From assembly GCA_037447605.1 (NCBI GenBank), contig CM074804.1, forward strand, positions 8,347,909 through 8,411,908: a stretch of 64,000 bases of DNA, in the 5' to 3' direction. Under the pieces are notes generated by a model that did not search any database, was not told where the DNA came from, and saw only the letters and a list, made by a program, of their open reading frames with translations. A program made the translations under genes and the position numbers. This DNA comes from Zygnema circumcarinatum SAG 698-1b (Eukaryota > Plantae > Zygnematophyceae). Below, piece after piece: positions 26,320-51,168 of this stretch (position 1 is the first letter of the stretch; each line of letters starts with the position of its first letter).

Positions 26320-27586
26320 ACACTCTCTTCCCACCAACCACTCCTCCCTCCTATCACTTCCTGCCTGCCTTCCTGACTCGCTCCCTTCTATTCTGCAGCT
26401 GTCAGCATTACCTGCCTGCCTGCTACCAAGGCTGGAGCTGCAGGTTTGAATGGCAACAAGCTCCTATTCTGTAAGAAGACGCCCGTCTGCCTGCCTCACA
26501 AGTTTTCAGGTGAAAGGAAGGCTCCGAACTTGCTCAGTTTCGTGCCTTTTTCTGCTCCTCAAAAGGATGGACGCAAACCTTGCTGCGCTCACTACTTCCA
26601 GTTACAATAATATTGCCAGGCAAAGTGTTTGACAGGGGTTCGGATTCCAACAGTTCGATGACAGCAGTCTCTCTCGCTCTCCCTGTCTCCCTCTCCTCTC
26701 TTCTCCTTGTATTACTGGATCACCTCCACTCTCTCTCCCCCCTTCCCTCTCTCTCTCTCCCTTACAAACACTTCCAATAAGATGTTCAAGTTCCTGAGCT
26801 CAATTCAGTGAAGGCTGAGACCAAAACCTGCATGACAGGAAAGGCGGAAAAACTGTAACTACTGTAGGGTTATCAACTTCTCACTATGGTATGCGCCACT
26901 TTTTTTTCTGCCAAAAAAGAATATTTCGAAAATAGTAAATTACGGATTCGAAATTTCCGTCTAAATTCGCAGGTGGAAAGCATGTGCCAGTTTCCAGTAT
27001 TGCATGTTCTGGAAATTTCAAAAAATCCTTAGAGACATGCCCTCCTTCCAGAAAAAAAGGCCTTCCCTGATTGCGAGCTAGGAAAATCTGCCTTGCTGCT
27101 GCTCTCAGCTGCTGTCCCTCCTCCTCCTCTCCAGAATTTTCCAGAAACGCGAATCTTTCAATTCTAGTCCGCAAATCTGCCCGAAAAGTTTGTTTCGAAA
27201 AATAAAGCTGAAACGTAGTAAAATATGCATATATGTGTAAATAGTTTCAAGTAATTGGTTTCGGGCCCCCTGCCCGTAAACAGAAAGTCGTTACACATAA
27301 ATCTCTGTAAAAGGCGAGGGAAAAAAAGGCGGCCAGGAAAAGCCCGTCGCGGCGGAGGCGTGAGGAGCCGCCACGTGGCATCTAGAGCCTCCAATAGAAG
27401 CCACGTAGATCCAAAATGAACACGTGGCGCGCAGAGCGACTTTCACGGAGGGAGATCTGGCAAGGCAGAGAGGGCACGGCAAGTGCCGACAAAATCCACG
27501 TCAGATTTTTCATGTTGAATTTCAGTTTAAAACCAGTCAAACCAATCAGATGTCGAGTTTTGTTAAACGTAAAAACAAAATGTCGA

Positions 27587-27605
27587 CGTGGCGACTTCTG
27601 ATTAG
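27587..27605 (-). promoter_or_regulatory. Near-ERSE module (CTAAT-N9-CCACG) within a G-box cluster in the divergent pGlcT/phosphoesterase intergenic region
   Basis: The + strand reads cgtgg-cgacttctg-attag, one mismatch from CCAAT-N9-CCACG. Several CCACGTGG G-boxes lie between 27370 and 27895. Confidence 0.3.
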
Positions 27606-28001
27606 TGATTATTTTACAAAATATCTCCTAGAGAAGTTTTCACGTTTTCTATGCAGAGAAATTTTGACTTCCTGTTCCGTTAACACCTTTAATTGATGAC
27701 GTGGAAACATTCGTCCATATCATTGGCGGAAAAAGATTCCAATTTGTTTTCAGCCAATCAGTGGCCCTCTTTTTGCTGAACGTGCGCTCCGCCTGCCACG
27801 TGGCAGACATCTCTCGATAACGACGGTTCCTCCGGCGCAATGTAAACAGCTCGGAGGGCGCAGCCAATGCGCTATGGTGCGCCACGTGGCAGGCGGCAGC
27901 TTTATGCCGCGAGGGGCCATAGGATTCCTCCTGTCAGCGCAGCAGGTACGGCAGGAGGGAGGGAGAGAGAGATACTGTAGGGAGAGAAAGAGGGAGAGGG
28001 G

Positions 28002-28433
28002 TAGGGTTGGGGGCACGGGGGCACGGGCATGCCCGGGGGGGGGGCATGCCCCCCATTTTTGACCGTCCGTGCCCGGGGCACGCCTCGAAAAAATTTCCCC
28101 ATATATTTCGTGCCCGGCCGTGCCCCCTGTCACGTGACGCTTACCTCGTACGACCGGGCCCGGGCCGGTGACGATTGAAGTTGTGTTGAGTACTGTCCGT
28201 ACTTGTCATATTTTCCGTACATTCATATCTTGATCCGTACGTTTAGTACATTCATCTGTACTTTTCGTACCTTCATCCGTACCGTTTTTAAAATATTATA
28301 TTCTTTTTGGGGCCGATTTGAATTGCTCAATGCAGTCACGTCACGGGGCACGAAAAAGGGGCATGCCCCCCCCCAAGGGGGGGGGGGGCACGTGCCCCTG
28401 GGCACGAGTCGGAGGACCGTGCCCCCAACCCTA
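28002..28433. mobile_element. hAT-type non-autonomous element (MITE), 432 bp
   Basis: 17-bp TIRs, TAGGGTTGGGGGCACGG (28002-28018) and CCGTGCCCCCAACCCTA (28417-28433), with 8-bp flanking direct repeats GAGAGGGG (27994-28001, 28434-28441). Subterminal GGGCAC/GTGCCC and GGGGCATGCCCC repeats occur at both ends. The TSD lies in GA-rich sequence, so it is weaker evidence than the TIR. Confidence 0.85.
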
Positions 28434-28531
28434 GAGAGGGGGGAGAGGGGAGAGGGGAGAGGGGAGAGGGGAGANNNNNNNNNNAGGGGGAGGGGGAGGG
28501 AGGGAGGGAGGGAGGGAGGGAAGGAGAAGGC

Positions 28532-35188
<6,657 letters not shown>

Positions 35189-35679
35189 GAGAGAGGGCGG
35201 GAGGGAGGGGAGAGGGAGAGGGAGGGAGGGGAGGAGGGGGAGGGAAGGAGGGGGAGGGGAGAGGGTGGGAGGGAGGGAAGAGGGGAGAGGGAGGGGTGTG
35301 GGGAGGAGGGGGGAACAAGGAGTAGAGGGGAGGAGAGAAATGCGTGAAATGTTTTACTATGGAGGCAGGGGGGTAGTGCGAACATTCGTATTGGAAGAGT
35401 CCTCGGAGGATAACACTTCCAAATAAAGTAGCAGATAAAATGGTACAATTTTTTAAGGTTCAGGGTAATTATTTTAATGAGGAATTGGAAATTAGGGATC
35501 GATTATTTTTCAGGATTTTCTCTGTACCGTCGCCATTCTTGGGCCATGTAAGTTATTCGTTTCTCGACAATTTTTAGGGTTTCATATTGAAAGCTATTTA
35601 CTTCGTGGTTTCCGTCGAACAGAGCCTTGCCTACTGTGTCCCTTCTGCCAACATACTTCCTCTTTGCCCGTTTGGAAGG

Positions 35680-35743
<64 letters not shown>

Positions 35744-36411
35744 GAAAGGGAGAAATGGAGTAGAGGGAGAGAGGGAGGGAGGGAAAGGGAGACAGGGAGT
35801 AGAGGGGGAGAGAGAGAGAGAGTGGAACTGGCATCCGTTTGAGCCATGAAGGTACTGCACCAACAGTATGTGAGTCTATGCATTCGTTCACTTGTTTTTA
35901 TTCTTAATTTTTTTCACCTGTGGTATTTCCTATCACAAAAACGACAGTAGTATCACGTCAACCTAATTCATTCAACGCTGGGACTTGTGAGAGGGAGAAC
36001 GGTCGAAGAAATTGACCTGTGTGACTGAAAGCACAGCCCAAACTGAAGCTTTACAAACCCTGAGAATCTGCCACATAGAACGTCTGCCTTTTCTCCCTTT
36101 TTCTTTTTTTTCCCGACAAGTAACAATCTCACCCTCGTTCGAAGGGTTTTTTATTTTTTTAATAAACATATAAAGTTGCTCCTATGAGAGCTACAAAATG
36201 AGGTTCGACCCACCTCTCCCTCCCTCTCCCATATCGCGATACATTCGATATATCCCAACAGGCATGCCAACAACAGCGACTTTCGTCTCATTGTAAAGAG
36301 ATGACAGGCGCTATCGCTGGCACCATCCTCACTAAAGAAGCAAACTAACTAACTAAACTAACGGAACTAATGACCAATGATTAGCCAGTGACTAGCCATT
36401 TGGGTTGTTGA

Positions 36412-38098
<1,687 letters not shown>

Positions 38099-39071
38099 CC
38101 CTTCTCCACTGCTCTCCCCCTTCCTCTCCCTCCCTCTCCCCCTCTCTTCACTGCTCTCCTCCTCTCGCTCCCGCCCTCTCTCCCTCTCTCCACCGCTCTC
38201 CTCCTCCCTCTCCCTCCCTCTCCCCCTCTCTCCGCCGCGCCTCCCTCCCTTTCCTCCCCACCAGCAGCCGCCACTCTTCTCCTCCCCTCCCTCTCCCTCC
38301 CCTATTATACCCCCTCTCCCCCCTCCCCCATCCCGCCACGTGTCCCCCCCAAAGGCTCGTTTGGAGCCCCCCTGGTCGCTGCGCCGCCGCGTCCCTTCGA
38401 CGGTCCTAAGGGCGCTACGCGACAAGGGCGACGGTGCGCGCTGCGACGTCATGCGACCGAGATCCGACGATGTGCGACGTATGGAGGCCACGCGACGCTT
38501 GTGATTGGCTGCATGGCGCGTCGCAGGGCCTGCGATCGGATGCGAAGGAGGGGCTGACCGCGGGGTGCCGAAACCTGGGATATGATTGTGGGTATGTACG
38601 AACAAGATTTTTGTACAATTTGTTGTCCATATTTGGGATTTTGCAGATTTCGATTTGGCGTATTTCTGTACGATGAATGTCGGTGTTTTTGACGTTTGGA
38701 ATGGTGTCAAAAAAATTTGCCACGTGGCGAAAAGGGATGAGGCCAAAGATTGGGTACGTACAACTCTGAGATTCTAGACCTGTACTATGACGCCACGTAC
38801 CATAATGTGCACGACCATTTGAGATTTGGGCGTCAGCTTTTTTTGTCGTCTTGGAAACGGCTCTGTTTAAAGTTCCTGCCCGGATTCAAGAAAGACAAAT
38901 TTGCAGCCCCAGATCTACCTGTCAATGCGCTGTCACCGCCCCGTTCGTTTGTCCGCATATATTCCGATAGGGACTCGCAGGTCGCACTTCGGACCGTCCG
39001 ATCTTCCGCGCCGACCTTACAGATCGGCTCCGGCTGCCGCCGGGACCCCATAATTTTTCGCCTCCATTAAG

Positions 39072-39124
39072 CCAATCCTTGAACGTCACGTCACCACTAC
39101 GTACACGTGGCAAACGGACATTGG
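39072..39124. promoter_or_regulatory. Inverted pair of ERSE-like CCAAT/G-box modules upstream of GASA
   Basis: CCAAT-N10-CACG on + (39072-39090) faces an exact CCAAT-N9-CCACG on - (39106-39124). Confidence 0.5.
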
Positions 39125-40630
39125 CTGCAGTACTCATTGTTGGCGCCACGTAGATCCAGCTTGAGTTTGGCGGCGAGCCTAGGTCGGTGCGAGCCAGCAT
39201 CGTAGGTTGTCAGTGCCACGTGTCGAGTGGAGACTGCTTAAATTGTGTACAGCGACAAACTTCCTCCCACTAGACGACAAGTTTACGCACACGTGCAAGT
39301 GCTCCCCCTTGCCGAGGTTCGCTAGTTCGCTTTGGAGGGAGGGAGGCGAGCCTTTTTGTCGTTTTCCCAACAAGCTCGTTTGGACACTGCGAACAGGGAT
39401 GCGCCACGTGGCGCACGGGCACGCAATCTTAGAATATTGACCGACATAGATTACCATTGACTTCCCGTTCCGTCCAGTCCTGTTCCAACATTTTTCTATG
39501 CATCTTCAAACTGGGGGGCAGTTCCGTCACAAGGCATTGGTTCCATGCTCCCCCCGCGAACCCCTCTAAAAAAGATGTGACTTTATCGAGCGCAGCCTGT
39601 TCTGAGTATGACCCCTTGAACTGCTCCGTCAAGCCATGCCATGCCATGCCATGCAAACAAGCACTCCTACAAACAGCCTTGGAAATCAGTGAGCCTTAGA
39701 ATGGCATCATAAAAGGCCCCAAAACCCCACAACCCCTTCAGTTTACAAGTTCTCGGAAGGCACACCCTTAACAAAACCTTCATTTAAAAAACAAACAAGG
39801 CCTCTTCAGAGTGCCTCCAGACCCTTTAGTCCTCTCTCTCGCTCCCCCCCCCCCTCTCTCTCTCTCCCACTCTCTTTCTCTCTCTCCTCTCATTTTCGTT
39901 GGTAGTTCGAAATCACGCTCGCCAATACGCCGGCCTACTACGGCCTTCTACGGCCTACTGTGAGCCGTAAGTATGCACAGCCATAGTGGTCATAGGTGCA
40001 CACCACACACGGCTGTGCCCTTATTCCTTCGATACCTCCACCACAGAAACGATATAAAGCCACAACGATTCGCCTCATCTAACCCCGCAAAGGACCGAAG
40101 CCTTCAGCTTCATCTCCCTTTCCATGTATCAAATTCTGCTTCCACGAACAGTTCGCCGCCCCACAGCTTGAGTTTCATTCACCGAAAGGAGGAGGAAAGG
40201 AAAGGAGGAGCTTCGACTCGGCCTCCATCCCCCACGTGGAATTTATCACCATTAACTTTAGGAAAGGGCTCCAGACTAATGAAGAGCTCATTTCGTTGAT
40301 TCTTTGGCAGTTAAGCACATAGAAACCGTAAACCAACTTCTCCTTCCACAAGTGGAACCAAACCAAGCGAAGGCCTCCGCTCATATCTCCATTCTCCGCA
40401 CATAGACACCGCGATGACGTCAGCGGCGTTAACTTCGACGTCATTTCCCGCATGGAACCCCGACGGGCTGCCCTTTTGGTACTTGGCCAGTTTTGAGGGC
40501 CAATAAATGTTCAAGGGATGATGAAAATATTGAAATTTACGGTTCGGTTCTTCAGCAGTGTGACGATCGATACGAGAGGTTGGGAGAGACAGAGGGAGAG
40601 AGAGAGGGAGAATATTCCAAGAAAAATGCG

Positions 40631-44915
<4,285 letters not shown>

Positions 44916-45238
44916 GAATGGAGAGAGAGAGAAAGCAAGTGCAGGAACTGAAGAAGGGGCTGTCCACAATATCGTACACATCGAGAAAGTATCGGATCGC
45001 GATATTGTTGAATCTATCGTTGAAATATCGAGTTGTGGTTCCTTACTGGAAGACGATATATCGATCCATCAATGATTTCAAATATATCATAATATCGATG
45101 TGATGTCAATATATCGATATGTCAGTATTATTAGATATATCGAGATATCGGGTGCGATTTGGGCCTCGCGGAAAGGCCCTGGAGGCGGCCACGTGACCGC
45201 GTCCACTCCCACAAAGTGGAAAACCTGAGAGCCATAAG

Positions 45239-45257
45239 CCAATGAGAACTCGCCACG
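45239..45257 (+). promoter_or_regulatory. Exact CCAAT-N9-CCACG module in the short head-to-head SVR1/CRTISO-like promoter
   Basis: ccaat-gagaactcg-ccacg. The two inferred start codons are under 500 bp apart. Confidence 0.5.
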
Positions 45258-45382
45258 CGTACAATTGTGTGCACGAGCCAAATTTTCATTGGAGAACAAA
45301 AGGGACGGCAAGGGCAGGATTTGAAGGCCTGTTCGCTCGCCTCTTGCACACTCGCGTCTTGTTTCTGTTGCAAGCTGCAGCC

Positions 45383-48300
45383 ATGGCGGCCTTGGCAGGT
45401 CACAGATTGCCTCTGTGCAGACATGGTGATGGCATCAAGGATGTCAGCACAAGGTATTGTTTGCATTGTTGCATTGCAATGCAAATTTGAATGTCAGAGA
45501 TGTTGAATTCAAGCAATGCAGGTTCCTTACAAACGGTGATCTGAGTAATTGGGAGTACATCATGACACGAACGACCTTGTGTTGGAGCTTATTGATCCAT
45601 TACTCTGAGATCCTTACTGGCGAACCATTGAAAAAGCTCAGAATTGAAACGCGCTCAGCCTTGAAAATATTTGTCTATGTTTCAGTTTTCATTTTGTGCG
45701 AAGGAGGCGTAACCTGAACCATGATTAGAAGTCGAATTAGTTCTTGATGACTTCACACAACAAGAAAATTTACTGAGGAGACCGCTCAGCCAAGCAAGTT
45801 TTACTGAGCATTGTTTCAAGTAGCACATTCTGCAATATGTTTTGTTGTGAAGTCATTTGTGGATTGAAGATATGATGCTGAAAGGACAATGAAGAGACTC
45901 GATGATATATGCACAAAGCAGAACAATCGGGAGCAAATTTTCAATGGCCTGGTGCTGCATTGCAGTAAAGCACACAAATATCAAACTATCAGCGCAATAA
46001 GAAAAAAACTAACATAGTACTGAAATTTGACTTGTAAGTCAACTTTCTTGCCAATGCCAACCACTGACGACTAAAAGAGAAACAGGTACGGCGACTTTTG
46101 TTGTAAGTTATGTCGATAAAATCAGGCAGTTTACAGTGTCTAACTTCGTCGTACAACCGTCAGCAGATGTGTCCTCTGTCAATGATAACCAGCTTCACGA
46201 CTCTTAATAGATAGAGGCTTACTTCACCTTTGAACAAAGCTTGGCCTCCCGCTCTCCCTCGCCCTTCTCTTCTATGCAACCAGGGGAGAGGAGAGGGGGA
46301 GGGGGACGAGGAGGGGGTTCGGATGCTTATTAGACAACTTGACACGTTCAAAAAGGACTGACAGATCTATTTGGTTTCTTCAGTGTATGTTTAATGTACG
46401 CATAAGTTGGCATGGCAGGAACGGGGCAGGAGTTACACTTTTGAAAAAATCAGCATTTTGTGGTCGTTCTTGGCCTCGACCTGGACGATCTCATCTCATT
46501 GTGACGGCAACCGTTGCAGATGCGGGAGCTCCCGCCTTGAAGGGAAAGGCAAGTAACGAGATCTTCTTGCAGCTTATGAAAATCTTCTCCCGTCTTGAAG
46601 AGTTTTGTGTGTTTGCTTCTTTTGATAACTTCCGGCAATCACTGAATCGCAGGTACTCTTGCGTGTTTGCGTGCGTGAAATCCAGCGGCGAAGAGATATT
46701 GTTTTGGCTTTGTTTTGTTCAGGCTTCCGTGGCTGCCTCCTTGAAGGCAATATTGTTCATATGACAATATGGAATAGCCCTAGCCACATCATAGTTATTG
46801 CGTTTGCCTTGAAGACTGTGCCCACTTATTGACAGGCAGAGAGTGGAGAGCCTAATTTATTTCATGTCTGCGCCGTCCTGCAGAATTCCTCACCTGATTT
46901 TGATACCAATGGTGGCCTTGCATCAAAAGGACGTGTGGAAGGTTAGCTGCACCTGGGCATTACTCTCTTCATGATGCGTTGGTATTCTCACCCTTAATTT
47001 TTCAGATGCTTATTACTTTGAAGGCTTGATCGAAGGTGATGTATCAAAAGAGGGTTGTTTGTTGCTCCTTTTTAAACTATTTCTTTGGCATCTTGCGGTG
47101 TTTTCTTCCTTTTTGAGAGTAGAGGCCCTTGCAATGAACACTTTTACTGTTTGCTTTTCTATTTTCAACCATCCAACAGGAAAGCAAGAAGCCGATGTGG
47201 TAATAATCGGCTCTGGTATCGGAGGTCTCTGTTGCGGAGCCCTACTTGCACGGTATGGTGTATCAGTTTTGATTGTTGAAAGCCATTCAATTCCTGGAGG
47301 AGCTGCTCATAGCTTCGTTCGAAACGGATATCATTTTGACTCGGGACCCTCCCTCTTCTCAGGCCTCTCTTCACGGGGCCCACAGGCTAATCCGCTCGCC
47401 CAGGTGAGAAACAGTCTTACTCACAGCAATCGATGCGTTCGATTGTTCATGTACAACGCACGGCCTTTATCTCCACTGCTTATTGACGGATTTCTTCTCA
47501 GCAATGTTTGGTGGTTGTTTCCGAGCATTCTTTGTAGGTTCTGGATGCCTTGGATGAGAAGATTCCATGTGCAAAGTACGACTCATGGATGTGTTATCTT
47601 CCCGAGGGTGACTTTCTGACAAGAATTGGGCCAACACAGTTCTATGAGGTAGGTCCTCTACCCTGCCTCCTGGTAGATGTCGGGCTTCTCGCGCTCTCTC
47701 TCTCTATTTCTCTCCTTGCCTTCTCCCCTCTCTGTGTCACTCGTCCTCTCCCCCTCTCTCTCTGTTTTTCTTTCTTCACTTACGCTCCTGGCCCTCAAAC
47801 ATCGCAGACGTTTACAGAGATGACTTGTTGACCTTGTGACCATGTCTCGTAACTCGTTTTCGCTAGGTGCTGGAGAAGTATGCCGGGCCAAGTGGAGTGG
47901 AGGATTGGCGCAAACTCCTGGTCGGTCGAATCTCTCTCGTTTTCTCCATCTCCTCATGCTATTTAGCTGAGCTGCATCTTTTCAAGTAGAGATGCATTGG
48001 CAGACATCGCCACTTTGGGCTCTGATTTTGATTCACGGAAAAGACATAAGAGGCAACCCTTAGGCAGCAGTTGATCTGTAATATACTTGTTTTATGTCAA
48101 TGAGTGTCTCATGTGAATTTTTGAAGGCCCTCAATGCCCGGATTGCTCAGTGTTGGGAACTCTGTGAGCTTCTTTTTGGCTTGACACGCGGCTCATTGTG
48201 ATTATAGAACCTTCCAGGCTACAGTTGAGCCACTTTCTGGAGCAGCCATGGCTCTTCCTCCTGCAGCTCTGCGAGCAGATCCAGGCGTAGTCATCACAGC

Positions 48301-50795
48301 CTTGGCCAGATACGGCCCAAGCTTGATTGAATCCTTCCTTCGAAGTGGTCCTGCAGGTCGGAGGCACTCTCTCCACTAATGGATGCTCGTTCTCCAATAA
48401 TGGATGCTCTGATTGACTTTATTGAATGGCTCTTCGCAAATTTTCAAAGCCTAACTTTAAAGATTTCTCAAGTTTTAAATCAGCTTTTTTGCAGGTGCTG
48501 CTGGAGCTGGAAAACTCATTGGGCCCTTCTCAGAGTTAGTGAAGGCAGCAGGCGTGCGGGACCCCTTTGTTCTGAACTGGCTTGACCTTCTTTCCTTCCT
48601 CCTATCAGGAATCAAAGCAGATGGCACCTTGGCGGCAGAAATTGTGAGCAACTATTGGTCCCTTCACATGCCATAAGCTGCTCCTTTCAGTGGTTTTTGC
48701 GACAGGAGAAGCTAGCCAGATTTCTTTCATTTCTTTATACGCACATAACTCAATGGACGTTTGAGACTGCACGAAAGAGTTAGACGGACTCGTACTCAGA
48801 AACGTTTGAAAATGCATTGCAGTGGTCGACGGCATTATATCCCAAGTAAGTCATCTCACAGTGGTGAGACTTCTCAAATTGTTCAGGTATATATGTTCGG
48901 AGAATGGTATAAACCTGGCTGCCTCCTTGAGTACCCAATGGGAGGGACGGATGCTATTATTCAAGCGCTTGTGAGAGGCCTTGAAAAGCATGGAGGGCGT
49001 CTCGCCCTAGGCTGCCACGTAGAGGAGATCCTTGTCGACGGCGGAAAGGCCACTGGTGTCAAATTGAGAGGGGGGCAGGTGTGCTACATGAAAGGGGGCT
49101 GACTTGCCCCTATGCGTTTGATTATTTTTTGAGACCGTTTCAGTCCTTGTGTTTCAAAAAGTGCTAACAGTATTGCCGTGTATTCCCGTGCTCTATCTGC
49201 CAATGTCTTGTATTGAACAGTAAGTAGAAGGTTCTCCTCTCCTAGAGGAGCTGACTTACATCCTTACCCAATAAGCAAGAACGGAATTTGAATTACAATC
49301 CTTACCCAATAAGAAAGCCCTGAAATTGAATTAGAGTATCTTGTAGACAGCTTCAGATGAGTGAATGCTGAATGTTCTTTCCTTGGGCTATCAGGTCATT
49401 CGCGCCAAAAAGGCAGTGATCAGCAATGCTTCAATATGGGATACCCTCCGACTGGTGCCACGCGGCGCACTCCCAGAGAGCTACCAGAAAGAAGCAGCTG
49501 CTACGCCACAATGCGAAAGTTTCATGCATTTGCATGTCGGATTCGATGCATCGGTAGGTGGTGGTCTGCCACTAGCGCTTTTGAGCGAAGGATCATAAGA
49601 AATTGTTGGCAGTAAAACGGACGAATGAAACTTTGCCACTCCTCTTTCTTGTTACTTCCCCTTGTTCTAGGTTCGTGTGCGTGCAGCCGCAGGTTTAGGA
49701 CCCATGTGCTCTCTCTCTCTCACTCTTTCTCTCTGTGCAACACATATTTCCTGCCTCAAGACACCTGTACAGACTTGAGAGGAGATGCGTAGGAGAAAAT
49801 CAATGGAAAGATGTTTGGATTGTGCAGGATGCACCGGATGACCTTGAGATCCATCACATTGTGGTGAACGACTGGAAAGTCGGTGTGGACGCTCCACAGA
49901 ATGTGGTGCTGATTTCTGTTCCGAGTGTTCTCGATCCCGCACTTGCCCCTGCGGGAAAGCATGCCCTCCATGCATACACTCCCGGATCTGAGCCGCATGA
50001 AGTTTGGGAGGGACTCGACAGGCGGAGCCCTGAATACAAGCAGCTCAAGGAAGAGCGAGCAGAGGTAATGGGTCTCCTGGGATTAAATGCTTGCGGGGAT
50101 TGGAAGAAGACAAGAGAAACGGAAGTAGGGCCACAAAGAGGGACAGGATTGGGAACGAGCAATGGAGGAAAGGCTAGATGAAGGGAGCAGAAATCGAGAT
50201 AGAGAAGAGGAGATAGGAAAAGGGCGGCAGAGAGAGGGCAGGCAGAGGAGAGAGAGTGCAGGCAGAGAAAGGGAGAGAGAGGAGCAGAAAGAGAATGGAG
50301 GGAAAAGACGGGAGGGAAGGTGCGAGAATATGGGAAAGTTTTATGGCTTATCTGCAGCTGTTGACACTGTTTTTCCATGTGTCCGACTGTTTCCATGTTT
50401 CATATTTCCATTTTATTTCTATGGCTAAAAGCTGACTGGATGTTTTCCATGTGAATGTAATGGTTGATTCATGTCCACAGGTGATGTGGCGAGCCGTGGA
50501 AAGGGCCCTTGGACCAAAATTTTCAAGAGAGAAATGTGAAGTCTCCCTTGTGGGGACTCCTCTCACTCACTCGCGCTACTTGAGGAGGGACCGCGGCACC
50601 TATGGGCCGGCCCTTCGGGCAGGTCAGGCAACTTTTCCGGGACCCGTATCCCCCATTCCCGGCCTTTACTACTGCGGCGATTCCACTTTTCCAGGCATTG
50701 GGGTCCCCGCTGTGGCTGCCAGCGGCGTGGTCGCAGCCAACACGCTCGTGCCCGTATGGGACCATTGGCGGCTGCTCGACGCCATGGGGGTGTGA
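45383..50795 (+). CDS. Carotenoid-isomerase-like FAD/NAD(P)-binding oxidoreductase (CrtH/phytoene dehydrogenase family; CRTISO-like rather than canonical CRTISO), multi-exon
   Basis: Rossmann fold DVVIIGSGIGGLCCGALLA, then ESHSIPGGAAHSF...FDSGPSLFSGL...ANPLAQV, EYPMGGTDAIIQALVRGL, FMHLHVGFD, HHIVVNDW, LISVPSVLDPALAP, GTPLTHSRYL and YYCGDSTFPGIGVPAVAASG...AMGV*. The start at 45383 is inferred from a frame-consistent splice. Confidence 0.9.
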
Positions 50796-51168
50796 CGGAT
50801 GGACAGATGGATGGATGGATGGATGGGGATGGGTGGATGGGACTGTTGGTCAACCAGCCCGACGCCTAACCAGTCTTGGTAAAGTTGCTTAACCAGTCTT
50901 GAAGTTCGGTCGGCCAGTCTCATGTGAAGTCTGGTTGGCCGTCTGTGTGACACTTGGTTTCTCGAGTGGTGTAAACTTCAAAGTTTAGTTCGCTTTCTGT
51001 GCGTGATTTTTAGGGTGTTCAGGGCATATGTTTAGTTCTTGAGATACAGAAAAAAAAATTGAAGGAACAAAGGTAGGCAGCATAATGTGTTGTGCATAGC
51101 ATGACGTCATGCATGTAGCGCAGCTGCAATGACGCTTGATGATATTGGGGGCTGGGGTCCATTCTTAG

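Noticed and set aside
25925-26780. Possible additional upstream coding exons of the sugar transporter (MLPESAATVARP...)
   Set aside because: I could not splice them confidently in frame to the 24898 exon. They may be 5'UTR or uORF sequence.
38354-38364. Tourist/PIF-like terminus GGCTCGTTTGG
   Set aside because: There is no inverted partner or TAA/TTA duplication in the intergenic region.
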